NCBI GenBank assembly: GCA_963785305.1
Contig: CAWAUV010000009.1
Span: forward strand, 384,001 to 448,000
Length of the DNA: 64,000 nucleotides
Source of the DNA: an uncultured Planctomycetaceae bacterium
GTDB taxonomy: Bacteria; Planctomycetota; Planctomycetia; Pirellulales; PALSA-1355
Direction: 5' to 3'
Position numbers and translations under genes: made by a program. The notes under the pieces were generated by a model. That model saw only the letters and a program-made list of their open reading frames with translations. It had not been told where the DNA came from and ran no database searches. Of the stretch, positions 24,693 through 34,702 are shown piece after piece; within the stretch, counting starts at the first letter, position 1, and every line of letters starts with the position of its first letter.

Positions 24693-24763
24693 GGAAACGT
24701 CCTCCCTCGGGATTTATGCTAATCCCAACGGCCAAACTTTCCAGTTCCGGGAGGGGCAGGACA

Positions 24764-25181
24764 CTGGGTAAGCTGAGGGACATTTTCCATGATGACGACA
24801 TCAGGGCGAGTTTCGCATGCGAATTTAGTGAACGAGCGAAGCAGCCCCCAGTCTTGTGTTTTCGCGACGACGATGCTGCCGCGAATAAGTCGAAAATGGC
24901 TGGCACGGTGCGCATCCGACCAGAACGCGGTAGTTGGTCGCGTCGTAAAGATTCGCGATTTCGTTTGAGCTAGCGATCGCCAGATCGCGATGAAAGAAAC
25001 GGGAGCCTGGATTATTGAACTCAAACGGGTAAAGACATTCCGCGTCGAAATCAAAGCCTGCAATGACTTTAATGCCGGCTTTTCGGAGGCCAAACGTCAA
25101 GCCACCGGCCCCGCAGAATAAGTCAATCGCCTGGATAGACTTATGTCGGCTGCCCGTGTGCCGTCGATTCTTTGCGAGCAT
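24764..25181 (-). pseudogene. DNA (cytosine-5) methyltransferase, 3'-truncated by IS3
   Basis: Motif I DLFCGAGG and motif IV GCAPCQPFS; after a frameshift (~24870) motif VI MENVPQL abuts the IS end. Motifs VIII-X are absent. Confidence 0.85.
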
Positions 25182-25521
25182 TGGAAGTTGAGGCTTTTGC
25201 ATTGATGCTATGCATCCTGTGGCCTTCCTGAAAACGAACCTTTTCAAGGCCGACAAGTCTTCTTGCACATGGGCTATCTTCGGCATCTATTCAAACGCCT
25301 CTTTCCGAAAATCTCGGAGAGCGGTCCGCGTCTTAGTGACGTAGCGGCCTTAAAAGCCGCATTGGTTTCTGCTGGCAGACCCTGATGCCGGGCACCCGCG
25401 GAAAGCAACGTCCGACTGCGGCTATGATGGCCAAGCTGGCCGGGCACGTTTGGAGCATCAATGAGCTTTTCGGGGCCGTACGAGCCTGACCACCCCAATA
25501 ACAATTCACCACCGGCTTGTC

Positions 25522-26142
25522 TTACAAGTCGCCTCCGTGGCCGACCAGTCCGCCCAGGTGATCGGTCTGGTTAAGTGTTTGCAGTTTGACTTCCGTGTCC
25601 CAGGCCAAGCGGCTGATGGCGCCGTTGTAGAGCGCAAAGGGGTTTCGCTCGGCGGGCACCCCGAGCAATTGCTTCAGCGCCGCGGCGAGCGAACCGCCAT
25701 GCGCCACGACGATCGCCCGCTTGTGCCCGGCCGCGCGCACCGCCGAAAGCGCGGCGCCCGCGCGCAGCATCAGGCCGCGCCGCGACTCGCCTTGGGGAAT
25801 CGTGAAGTCGGGATCATGCGAACGCCAAGCCGCGGCCGCCTGGGGATAGCGCTCCTCGATCTCGATCCAGGTGAGACCCTGGAACACGCCGGCGTTGATT
25901 TCCATCAACCGCGGGTCGACGCGCACTTCCAAATGCAAGCTTTCGGCAATGCACTTCGCCGTGTCCAGCGCTCGCCGCAACGGGCTGGAATACACGGCGT
26001 CGATCGGAAGTCCGGCAAAGCTTTGGGCCACGGCCCGGCATTGCTTCCAGCCGATCTCCGAGAGCGGGCTTTCGGTTTGCCCTTGAATCTGGCCGGCCGC
26101 GTTGGCCACTGTCTCGCCATGTCGAACACAGTACAAGAGCAT
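25522..26142 (-). CDS. Histidine phosphatase (phosphoglycerate mutase family)
   Basis: RHGET, SSPLRRA, VAHGG motifs. Confidence 0.9.
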   Translation of the reverse strand: MLLYCVRHGETVANAAGQIQGQTESPLSEIGWKQCRAVAQSFAGLPIDAVYSSPLRRALDTAKCIAESLHLEVRVDPRLMEINAGVFQGLTWIEIEERYPQAAAAWRSHDPDFTIPQGESRRGLMLRAGAALSAVRAAGHKRAIVVAHGGSLAAALKQLLGVPAERNPFALYNGAISRLAWDTEVKLQTLNQTDHLGGLVGHGGDL

Positions 26143-26161
26143 GGGCGGCCGGTTCCGACGC

Positions 26162-26326
26162 TCACTTCTTCTTTTCGTTGTGTAGCGTGTGGCGACGCAA
26201 GCGCGGGGAATACTTGCTGAGCTTCAGTTTTTCACCGCCCGGCTTGCGACGGATCGTGTAGTTGTGATCGCCCGTCTCCTCGCACACGAGAAACACGGTT
26301 TCGACTTTCTTCTTACTCTTGGCCAT
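26162..26326 (-). CDS. rpmG: 50S ribosomal protein L33
   Basis: MAKSKKKVETVFLVCEETGDHNYTIRRKPGGEKLKLSKYSPRLRRHTLHNEKKK (54 aa); GAGGAG RBS upstream. Confidence 0.95.
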   Translation of the reverse strand: MAKSKKKVETVFLVCEETGDHNYTIRRKPGGEKLKLSKYSPRLRRHTLHNEKKK

Positions 26327-26719
26327 CGCGAAAATACTCCTCGAAAGCAAACAATCCGCGGCCGGCCGGTTGTTGTAAGACGGCCAAACCGCGGCGGGCC
26401 TGGGGCACGAGCGGAAACGCAAAATTCTAACCGACCCGGGGGCATCATCGCCAGAGGGTCGCGGAGCGCGCGAACCGCTATTTTTGGGAAATCTCGCACG
26501 TTCCGGCGGATTATGGGCGCGAAACAATCCGTTCAACAGCCGGGCGGCGATGGCGAAACGATCGCCCATGCAATAAGCTAGAATTAATAGAACCTGCCTA
26601 AACTGCCCAGCCTCAAGGCATGCCCCGCGGGCGACGTCGGCGGGCTCCAACGTATTCCATCGAAACTTCGGGTCGCTAACCGCAGCCACGGCGATGGCGC
26701 CGTTCCCCGGGAAGGGCTT

Positions 26720-28624
26720 ATGCCGCGCGAGACCGCCATGCCGCCGCCGCTGCCCGACGCCGACTCGCTTGGCCAACCGGCGGTCTTGCCGCCCAGCGCC
26801 GGCCCAGCCGCCGCTTCGCTTGCAAAACCCTCGCTCAACGGCCCCTCGCTCGCGGCCAGTGCATCCGCCGCGCGCGAAATTACCGCGGCGCCGCCGGTCG
26901 AAGCGCCGCCGCTCTCGCCGCCGGTCGTGGCCCCGCCGATCGAACATCGGCCGCTGGTTTGGTGGCCAAGCATGGGCCGAGTTACTCGCAATCTTGGCGG
27001 TTTGCTATTCAATCCGCGTTTCGAGCTTAAGGCTCGCGCGGCCGGATTCTCGTTGAGCATGGCGCTTCACGCCGCGCTGTTTCTCGCCTTGAGCTTGATC
27101 TACTTCGAGCTTCCGCTGCGCGACGCGAGCGATTTCGCGCGGTTCGAAGCCACGATCGACAACGTGCTCCCGAGCCTGGAGCCGGGAGACAACGGCGCCG
27201 AGAGTGTGTCGTTTACGGCGGCGGGATTGCCCGCGCAAAAGCCGAAGAGTGTTCCGGCGGGCGATCGCCGGCAGCCCGCGCCGCTGGCCGGAGCCGACGA
27301 TATGTCGCCGCCCCCCGAACCGCTACCCGACGCGGAGCGCGCCGCCCAGACGCTTGCCGCGGCGAGCGAGCCGCCGTTGGCGCCATCGCCGAGAGACACT
27401 GTCGCGCCTCCCGCGGCGCAATCTTCGTTGGAGCGAAGCCAGTCGCGCCCCTTGTCCGCGAGCTCCACCGATCTGCTCGCGATGCGTTCGGCCGCGATCG
27501 CCACTCCGCTCGCGCCGCGCCGCCAGCCGCGACTTCCGATTCGGCCAACGCCGACGAGGCGGTCTTGGTGTCGTCGACCGCGGGCGGATTCGAAGGACGC
27601 GATCGGGCCCGGCGCGGCGAAATGTTGGGCCGCCATGGTGGCAGCGTGACGAGCGAATCGGCGGTGACGCTCGCCCTGAGTTGGCTGGCCAATCATCAGC
27701 AACCCGATGGAAGCTGGCGATTCAACCATGTCGGCCAGCGCTGCGATTACTATTGCTCGAATCCCGGCACGTTCGCCTCGACCACCGCCGCCACCGGCCT
27801 CGCGATCTTACCATTTCTAGGCGCCGGCCACACGCACGCCGATGGCGATTATCGCGAAACCGTGCGCCGCGGCCTCTTTTACTTGGGCGATCAAATGGTG
27901 GTGGGCCAACACGGTGGCGACCTGCAAGAGGGAACCATGTATTCCCAGGGCATCGCCACGATCGCGCTCTGCGAAGCCTATGGAATGACGAACGACGCGG
28001 AACTCAAGCCCTATGCGCAGGCGGCGCTCGACTTCATCGTGCATGCCCAAGACCCCGTGGGCGGCGGCTGGCGCGTATAGCCCGCGCCAGCCGGGCGACA
28101 CGACCATCTCCGGCTGGCAAATCATGGCGCTCAAGAGCGGCCTGGTCGCCGGGCTCGAGGTTCCGCAAAAGCCGTTTCACCTCGCCTCGCATTTTCTGGA
28201 TCACGTCGAGTCGGACTACGGCTCGGGCTACGGATACCTAAAGCCCGGCAAGGGGCCCACGACCAGCGCGATCGGGGTGCTGGGGCGAATGCTCACCGGC
28301 TGGCGAGTCGAGCGGCCGGCGCTCATGAGCGGCGTCGAGCGGCTGGCGAAGCTGGGCCCAGCGCCCGACGATATGTATTTCAACTACAATGCGACGCAAG
28401 TCATGCGGCATTATGGCGGCGAGACTTGGGACACTTGGAACAAAAAGATGCGCGAGCAACTCGTGCGCACGCAAAGCCACGCCGGCCACGCGGCCGGAAG
28501 CTGGTTCGAGAAAGATGAACATGGGCCCGTCGGCGGCCGGCTCTACATGACCTGCCTGGGCTGCATGACGCTCGAAGTCTACTACCGCCACATGCCCATC
28601 TATGGCGATCGGGCCACGGAATGA
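26720..28624 (+). CDS. Membrane protein with prenyltransferase/squalene-oxidase-type repeats (frameshifts ~27540, ~28075)
   Basis: Pro-rich N-terminus and TM segment SMALHAALFLAL, then LSWLANHQQPDGSW, ATGLAILPFLGAG, MYSQGIATIALCEAYG, GGRLYMT...TLEVYYR. Confidence 0.75.
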
Positions 28625-28843
28625 GTCGTCGGCGCGAGCCGAGTCCGTCGCGGGATCCGAGGCCGAAGATCGGGCGGCCTCGTCGAATTGGCGACGCCTT
28701 CGGGCCCGCCAGCCCTCAAAAGCAATGCATTATTGCGCGCGGCGCGGAAAAGGAGTGCGATTAAGCGCCTGTCCGAAAGCTTCGGTGAGCCCTCACGCCG
28801 CACACTCCCAAACGGGGCAAGGCGGGAGTTGTTGGATAGGCTG

Positions 28844-31800
28844 CTAAACCGCCGGTTTCCGCGAGCCGGTTCCGCGGCGCCGGCGGCACAAAGCGATCGC
28901 CCAGCCGGCCAGCGAGGCGCTCGTCAAGATCAGCGTGCTCGGCTCGGGCACGACGGTGATCGTGCCGGCGCCAAAGCTGGCGCTATTCGCGCCGTCGGCG
29001 ATCAATTGCGAAACGGTATACGTTCCCGGCCCCAGCGAAGTTCCGCCGACCGAGAGACTCGACACGGTATCTGCGCCCGAGTAGTCGAGCTCGATCGTGG
29101 CGCCCGAGGCCAGCGACAATCCTCCTGCGACGCCGATATAGCTATTCGTCGTGCCACCGCCCAGGATCAGCGTGGCGGCCGAGGCGATCGAGACGATGCT
29201 CGAGCCCAGCGCGCCATCGGTCGTGACTTGCAATGTGCCTCCGGTAACGCTCGTGGGGCCCGAGTAGGCGCCAGCGGCCGTGAGCAGGAGCTCGCCGGCG
29301 TCGGCCTTGGTAAAGCCGTTGGCTCCGCCGGTGATGGCGGCGACCGCGAGGGTTCCGAGTCCGGTTCCGTTGTTGGCCACGTCGAACGTGGGCGAGCCGG
29401 TAAGCGTGACGGCGCCCAGGGTCAATTCGTAGGGGATATTCGCGCCGGTGCTGGCGCCGGTGACGAACAAGGTGTTGTTCGCCGTCGATGTGAGATCGCC
29501 AAACGTGGCGGTCGCGGCCCCGGTCAGGCTCAAGGTCGAGTTGGCGGTGAGTTGCAGGGAATTGGCGAACGTCGCTGGCGCGTTTCCGACGATTTCCACG
29601 CCGGCGACGCCGCTATTGCCACTGATGAGCGTCTGGGTGATCGTGAAGCTCGATCCGGTGACATTCGTGAACTCCGCGTAATTGGCCGAGGGCGTCGAAC
29701 CACTGGATGTGCTCGTGGTTTGCACAAGATTCACCGCGGCATTCGTTCCGCCGCCGTTTGCCTCCGTGCCGTAGTAGTAGGTCGTGCCACCGATGCTCAC
29801 GCTCGCCGTGCGGCCGTTCTGGTCGGAGCTCAGATACACGTAGACGTTGTACGACGAATATAGCACGTTCGCGAGCGTGATTTGAATGGGCGACGCCGAG
29901 CTCGAATGATCGAGATAGGCGTTCACGAGCTGCGAGTTCTGATTGGCCTCCGAGGCGCCAAATGCATCGTAGTGATCGACGACGCCCGACCAGGTGACGG
30001 TGGCTCCGCTGTTCAATCCCGTCGAATTGGAAAGCGCTAGGGGCGTCGACTGATTGAGCGCGCCTTGGTTGTTCCAGTTCGAGATCGGCACGACGCCCGC
30101 GGAACCGGTGACCGGATAGGTTCCAGCACCACGATTCGTGTCGAAGTTCAGCCCGATGTTCCCGGAGAAATTGACGGCGAGCGTGCCGCCAGCCAAGTTC
30201 ACGGCGCCGGAGCCGAGATTCCCGGGAGTCGCCACGGTGAGGGCGCCGGCGCTGATGGTCGTGCCGCCGGAATAGGAATTGGTTCCTCCGAGCGTCACGT
30301 TGTTTGTCCCCACTTTGTCGAGGGCAATCGTTCCGCCCGAGCCGGTCGAGTTGTCGACGATATTTCCGGCGAACGTGCCCGCGGCCGGCGAGGCGCCGTT
30401 GCCGATCGTGAACGTGGCCGCGGTGCTCGCGGCATTGTTGGCGACGCTTCCGGCCGAGCCGGAAAATGTTCCCACGCCGGTCGAGAAGCCGTTCAAATTC
30501 AACACGCCGCCATTGACCGTTAGGGGCGCGGTCGACGGACCGAGCGAACCGGCCACGCCGAGGTTCAAGGTCGCCGTGTTCGAAACGGTGGTTCCTCCCG
30601 TATATGTATTCACGGCGCCAAAGGTCAGCGCGCCGGAGCCGGTCACGGTCAGGCTTCCGCCGCCCGTGGAATCGATCACCGGCGCCGCGAGCACCGCCGA
30701 GTCTCCACCGGCGCCGGCGGTCACATTCATGGTGCGGGCGCCGCCTTTGAGGTCGAGGCCGTTTTGGAGCGTGGTCACGTTGTTGGCGTCGATCGAGCCG
30801 AAGAGCAAACTCGCGCTGCTGGGCAGTTGCGTGCCCCAGGCCAGCGTGGTGGGTGTCGCATTGCCGCCGACATTGACCGAGAGCGGGCCGCCGTTGGCCG
30901 AAAACCCGCCACTACCGGCGAACTGGATCGTGCCCCCGGTCGTGCCGGTGCTTTCCGTAAACGTGCCGCTGGTTTCGAGGGCGCCGCCGTCGAACACCAC
31001 GTTGCTTGACAGGTTCAAGAGCGACAAATTCGCTCCCACATTGAGCGCGCCGCCGTTGATATCCGTGGCGCCGGTATAGCTGAGCGCACCGGTCAATTGG
31101 GCGACGCCAGCGCCGAGTTGCTCGACGACGCCGGCGCCCGAGATCGCGTTGGCCACGGTCATCGCGTTGTTGCGATCGAACACGATCGAACCGCCGCTGG
31201 CGACCGTGACTCCTCCCACGCCCAAGACACCCGTCGCGCCGCCGTTGCCCACATAGAGCATGTTGTTCGATCCGGCGCCGCCATTGATGATTGTCGGGCC
31301 GGCATAGTTATTCGTGTTGTTGGTAATGTAGACCTGCGAGCCGTTATTGCCGGTGTGATAGACATCGACCTCGAGGCCGCCGGCGCCGGTGATTTGGCCG
31401 GTGAGCACCATCGATTTATCGCTCCAGCTCGTGGAGAAATTGCTGGTGGCGTTGAGCGTGATCGTGCCGGTGAAGGTGTTGCTTCCACCGCCGGCCAACA
31501 TGTCGCCGGCCAAAGCGCCGTTGTCGCCATTGAGATTCGTGGCAAGGCCGTTGAGCGTGAGCGCATTGGCGACGCTCAGGCCCGCGGCGCCAAAACTCAA
31601 CTGGGCGCCCGCGGCCACGCTGACCGGTCCTGTTCCCAGCGCCGCGGCGTTCGCCGCCCATAGTTGGCCCGACCCGACGGTCGTGCCGCCGGTGTAGGTG
31701 TTGGCGCCGGAGAGAACCCAGCCGCCGATTTGCGAACCCGAGGTGAGGCCGTCGACCACGAGGGCGACATTTCCACCGCCCGAGCCATTGCCAATGATCC

Positions 31801-32467
31801 CGGTGACTCGGCTGCCGGCGCCGCCGTATTCACCGGCGCTATCGCCTTGAATATTGGGCATTGTGCCGGTGAGCGTGAGCGTGGTCGACCCGCTGGTCGC
31901 CGAGCCGGTGATTGCTCCGCTAAAGACGAGCGGCCCGGTGGTCGTGCCGAGCGCGGCGACGGTGGCATTGCTCGAAAAGGTGTAGGCGCCGCTCGTGCCC
32001 GCCGCGGTGTTTTGCAATTGCAAAGGGGCGGCGATCGTTTCCGCCGTGCTCACGGAGCTCGTGGTTTGGATCAAACCGCCGCTCGAGAGGATCAGCGAGT
32101 TGCCCGTGGTCAAGCCGATGGTATAGGCCGGAAGTGTCGATGAAGAATTGTCGAACGTAATCGAGCCGATATTCCGACCCGAGTCGACGGTGATCAGAGC
32201 GCCTCCAGCGCCGGCGGCGGCGTTGAAGGTCGCGGTGTCGCCGTTGGTCGTGCCGCTGGTGGCGCCGGGGATAATTCCGGCGTTCCAGTCAAGCGAATCG
32301 CTCCAGAGCGAGTCGGTCCCGCCGCCGGTCCATGAACTGCTATTGGCCTGCGCTCGCGCAATCGTCGCGGCGTTGGCGGCGAAGATCAGCGCGGTCGCGC
32401 GAATACACATAGCTCCGCCGGCAAACGAGCCATCGCCATGTCGCTCGCCCAATGCGGACGACCGCAA
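28844..32467 (-). CDS. Autotransporter-associated beta-strand repeat protein with PEP-CTERM sorting signal
   Basis: Repeats LSGANTYTGGTTV / GTNSYSGGTTISAGAL; C-terminal VPEPST, TM helix and RRRR. Confidence 0.9.
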   Translation of the reverse strand: MRSSALGERHGDGSFAGGAMCIRATALIFAANAATIARAQANSSSWTGGGTDSLWSDSLDWNAGIIPGATSGTTNGDTATFNAAAGAGGALITVDSGRNIGSITFDNSSSTLPAYTIGLTTGNSLILSSGGLIQTTSSVSTAETIAAPLQLQNTAAGTSGAYTFSSNATVAALGTTTGPLVFSGAITGSATSGSTTLTLTGTMPNIQGDSAGEYGGAGSRVTGIIGNGSGGGNVALVVDGLTSGSQIGGWVLSGANTYTGGTTVGSGQLWAANAAALGTGPVSVAAGAQLSFGAAGLSVANALTLNGLATNLNGDNGALAGDMLAGGGSNTFTGTITLNATSNFSTSWSDKSMVLTGQITGAGGLEVDVYHTGNNGSQVYITNNTNNYAGPTIINGGAGSNNMLYVGNGGATGVLGVGGVTVASGGSIVFDRNNAMTVANAISGAGVVEQLGAGVAQLTGALSYTGATDINGGALNVGANLSLLNLSSNVVFDGGALETSGTFTESTGTTGGTIQFAGSGGFSANGGPLSVNVGGNATPTTLAWGTQLPSSASLLFGSIDANNVTTLQNGLDLKGGARTMNVTAGAGGDSAVLAAPVIDSTGGGSLTVTGSGALTFGAVNTYTGGTTVSNTATLNLGVAGSLGPSTAPLTVNGGVLNLNGFSTGVGTFSGSAGSVANNAASTAATFTIGNGASPAAGTFAGNIVDNSTGSGGTIALDKVGTNNVTLGGTNSYSGGTTISAGALTVATPGNLGSGAVNLAGGTLAVNFSGNIGLNFDTNRGAGTYPVTGSAGVVPISNWNNQGALNQSTPLALSNSTGLNSGATVTWSGVVDHYDAFGASEANQNSQLVNAYLDHSSSASPIQITLANVLYSSYNVYVYLSSDQNGRTASVSIGGTTYYYGTEANGGGTNAAVNLVQTTSTSSGSTPSANYAEFTNVTGSSFTITQTLISGNSGVAGVEIVGNAPATFANSLQLTANSTLSLTGAATATFGDLTSTANNTLFVTGASTGANIPYELTLGAVTLTGSPTFDVANNGTGLGTLAVAAITGGANGFTKADAGELLLTAAGAYSGPTSVTGGTLQVTTDGALGSSIVSIASAATLILGGGTTNSYIGVAGGLSLASGATIELDYSGADTVSSLSVGGTSLGPGTYTVSQLIADGANSASFGAGTITVVPEPSTLILTSASLAGWAIALCRRRRGTGSRKPAV

Positions 32468-32674
32468 CTCGATTTAGGAGATCGCGCGAACATTCAATAG
32501 CGTCCCCGGAAAAACGAAATCCCGAATAACCGGAATAATCAACCTATTCCAGTCCCTACGATGATTTCGTGCCTCTTCGCTCGCAATCCCCCTGAATGGG
32601 GAAATTGCCGTCCGGAGCGGGCCATGCGAATGCGCGATGCCATTTCGGCGAAGGGCATCGCGTTTCGCGAACCC

Positions 32675-33373
32675 CTATCGCGCGAGCACCATCAGCGAGC
32701 GGCCGCCGAGGGCTTGGACCGAGAGATTGGGGCAGAGGGGGAAGGTGGCATTTCGCAGCCATTGCAAAACATGCTGCCGCACCGGGCGATGTTTTTGGAC
32801 CGGCCGACGGGGCGGGTAAAACCAATCCAGCACTTCGTACCCCGCCTGACCGAGAGTCGCCAGGGCCGTGTCCTTGGTGAAAAAGTGAATGTGTCCGACC
32901 GAGCGAAGCTGATCGAGCAGCACATGGCTGCGAATCGCCGCATAGGCCGACATATCGAGCGGAATATGCAAAATCGTGTGGTCGGCCAGCGGGCGCAGTT
33001 TCCGCAAGAAGCCATAAAAGTCGTCGAGATGTTCGATCAGGTCGATCACGAGCATCAAATCAAAATGCACGTCGTTCTCGGCCGTGAGGTCGGCCAAGTG
33101 AAAATGCAGCCGCTCGTTGGCCCGGCTCTCGGCCATTGCATGGCTTTGGGGCGAAATGTCGTAACCCCAGAATTCGCAATCTCGCGGCGCCCGGCGCTGA
33201 AGCTGCGATAGAATCTCGCCGGCTCCGCAGCCCACCTCGGCCACGCTCTCGAGCCGTAGCGAATGCCGGGTGATCATGCGCCAGATATTTTCCGCCTTCC
33301 AAGGCGAATCTTCGACATGCCATGTCGGATTGTTTTCCAAATACAGTCCGTCGGTATAAGCCGCGATAGCCAT
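32675..33373 (-). CDS. Class I SAM-dependent methyltransferase
   Basis: VAEVGCGAG, GYDIS, DLIEHL motifs. Confidence 0.85.
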   Translation of the reverse strand: MAIAAYTDGLYLENNPTWHVEDSPWKAENIWRMITRHSLRLESVAEVGCGAGEILSQLQRRAPRDCEFWGYDISPQSHAMAESRANERLHFHLADLTAENDVHFDLMLVIDLIEHLDDFYGFLRKLRPLADHTILHIPLDMSAYAAIRSHVLLDQLRSVGHIHFFTKDTALATLGQAGYEVLDWFYPPRRPVQKHRPVRQHVLQWLRNATFPLCPNLSVQALGGRSLMVLAR

Positions 33374-33696
33374 GGCGTTGCTCGCTCGGGAACAAAGATC
33401 GTCGAAGCGTCTTGGCGCCGCCGGCACGATGCCTCTAGGCGGGTCGGGCCGCGGCGCGCTGTTGTCAAATCTAGGTCATCGCCGCCATCGCGGGCATCGC
33501 GAGCCCGAGCGGGGCCTGCCGCAAACAATTTGCCACGGTGCGGCGTGGCCCGCGAACGCGGAATATTTGGTATAACTGGACCGCGAAGACACGCGGGCGA
33601 GAGTGTCTACGTTGCTTGGCCGCTTCGGGGCGCCGGTCCCCCGCGACAAAAAAACCTATCCGAACGCACCGCGCGAAAGGCATGCGAGAGGGTTCG

Positions 33697-34650
33697 ATGG
33701 CTGCGATTTATCTCACCGAGTCCGATATCGAAGGCCTGATCGAAATGCGGCCTGCCATCGCCGTGATCGAGGAGGCATTTCGGCAAATGGCGCTCGGCCA
33801 AGCAGAAAACGCCCCTCGGCAGCGAGCCCGCTCGCCCGGCATCGTGCTCCACAACATGAGCGCTTCGGCCGCGTATCTCGGCCGCGTGGGCTTCAAGTGC
33901 TATACCACGACCCGCGCCGGCGCCAAGTTTCTCATCGGTCTCTACGATGGCCACAACGGCAGCCTGCTCTCCCTGATGGAAGCCGATCAGCTCGGCCAGA
34001 TTCGCACCGCCGCCACAACCGGGGTGGCGATCCACTGGATGACCGAGCCCGACATCACCGAAATGGGGCTCTTCGGCGCCGGCTGGCAGGCTCGCGGGCA
34101 GCTTGCGGCGGCCGTGGCGGTGCGACCAATTCGCGTGGCCTATGTCTATTGTCGCGACCACGAGCGCCGGCAGCGTTTCGCCGATGAAATGTCGTCGGAC
34201 TTGAATATCGAAGTTATTCCGGTCGATCGTCCGCAAGAAGCCGCCGAGGAACTGCCCTTGGTAATCACGGCCACCACGAGCCGCGAGCCGGTGTTGCATG
34301 GAAAATGGCTGGCCGAACCTGCCTTGGTGTGCGCCATCGGCAGCAATTGGATCAATCGAGCCGAACTCGATTCCGATGTGATCGCGCGGGCCGACCATGT
34401 GGTGTGCGACAGCGTGGCGGCCTGCCGGATCGAGGCCGGCGATTTTTCCGATGCGATCGAGCGAGGGTTGTTCGAGTGGTCGCGGGCCGTGGAACTGGCC
34501 GACGTGGTCGGCGGAATGGCTGTGGGCCGCAGTCGGCAGCGCATTTCGCTTTTCAAAAGCGTCGGCTTGGCGATCGAAGACATCGCCATCGCCGCGCGAC
34601 TCTACGACCTCGCGCGAGCCAAGGGACTCGGCCAGCCGCTGCCGCTGTGA
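33697..34650 (+). CDS. Ornithine cyclodeaminase / mu-crystallin family protein
   Basis: IRTAATTG, GAGWQA, ITATTSREPVL, LFKSVGLAIEDIA. Confidence 0.9.
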   Translation: MAAIYLTESDIEGLIEMRPAIAVIEEAFRQMALGQAENAPRQRARSPGIVLHNMSASAAYLGRVGFKCYTTTRAGAKFLIGLYDGHNGSLLSLMEADQLGQIRTAATTGVAIHWMTEPDITEMGLFGAGWQARGQLAAAVAVRPIRVAYVYCRDHERRQRFADEMSSDLNIEVIPVDRPQEAAEELPLVITATTSREPVLHGKWLAEPALVCAIGSNWINRAELDSDVIARADHVVCDSVAACRIEAGDFSDAIERGLFEWSRAVELADVVGGMAVGRSRQRISLFKSVGLAIEDIAIAARLYDLARAKGLGQPLPL

Positions 34651-34702
34651 TCTCGCGCGCCACGTCGACGCGCGGCGTGGAGGGCCAACCGCGACGACGC
34701 GC

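Larger units (their letters stand above)
23086..24763 (-). mobile_element. IS3-family insertion sequence
   Basis: Imperfect terminal IRs TGTCTTGGTTCACCGTGAACTGGAA / TGTCCTGCCCCTCCCGGAACTGGAA; orfA HTH and orfB DDE core; A7G slippery site at ~24383-24390; no target duplication. Confidence 0.9.

Noticed and set aside
26162..26947. 261-aa ORF as an extended L33, and other long antisense ORFs (e.g. 43846-45399, 8106-9149)
   Set aside because: These are GC-rich shadow ORFs opposite well-supported genes. L33 has its own RBS and ATG at 26326.
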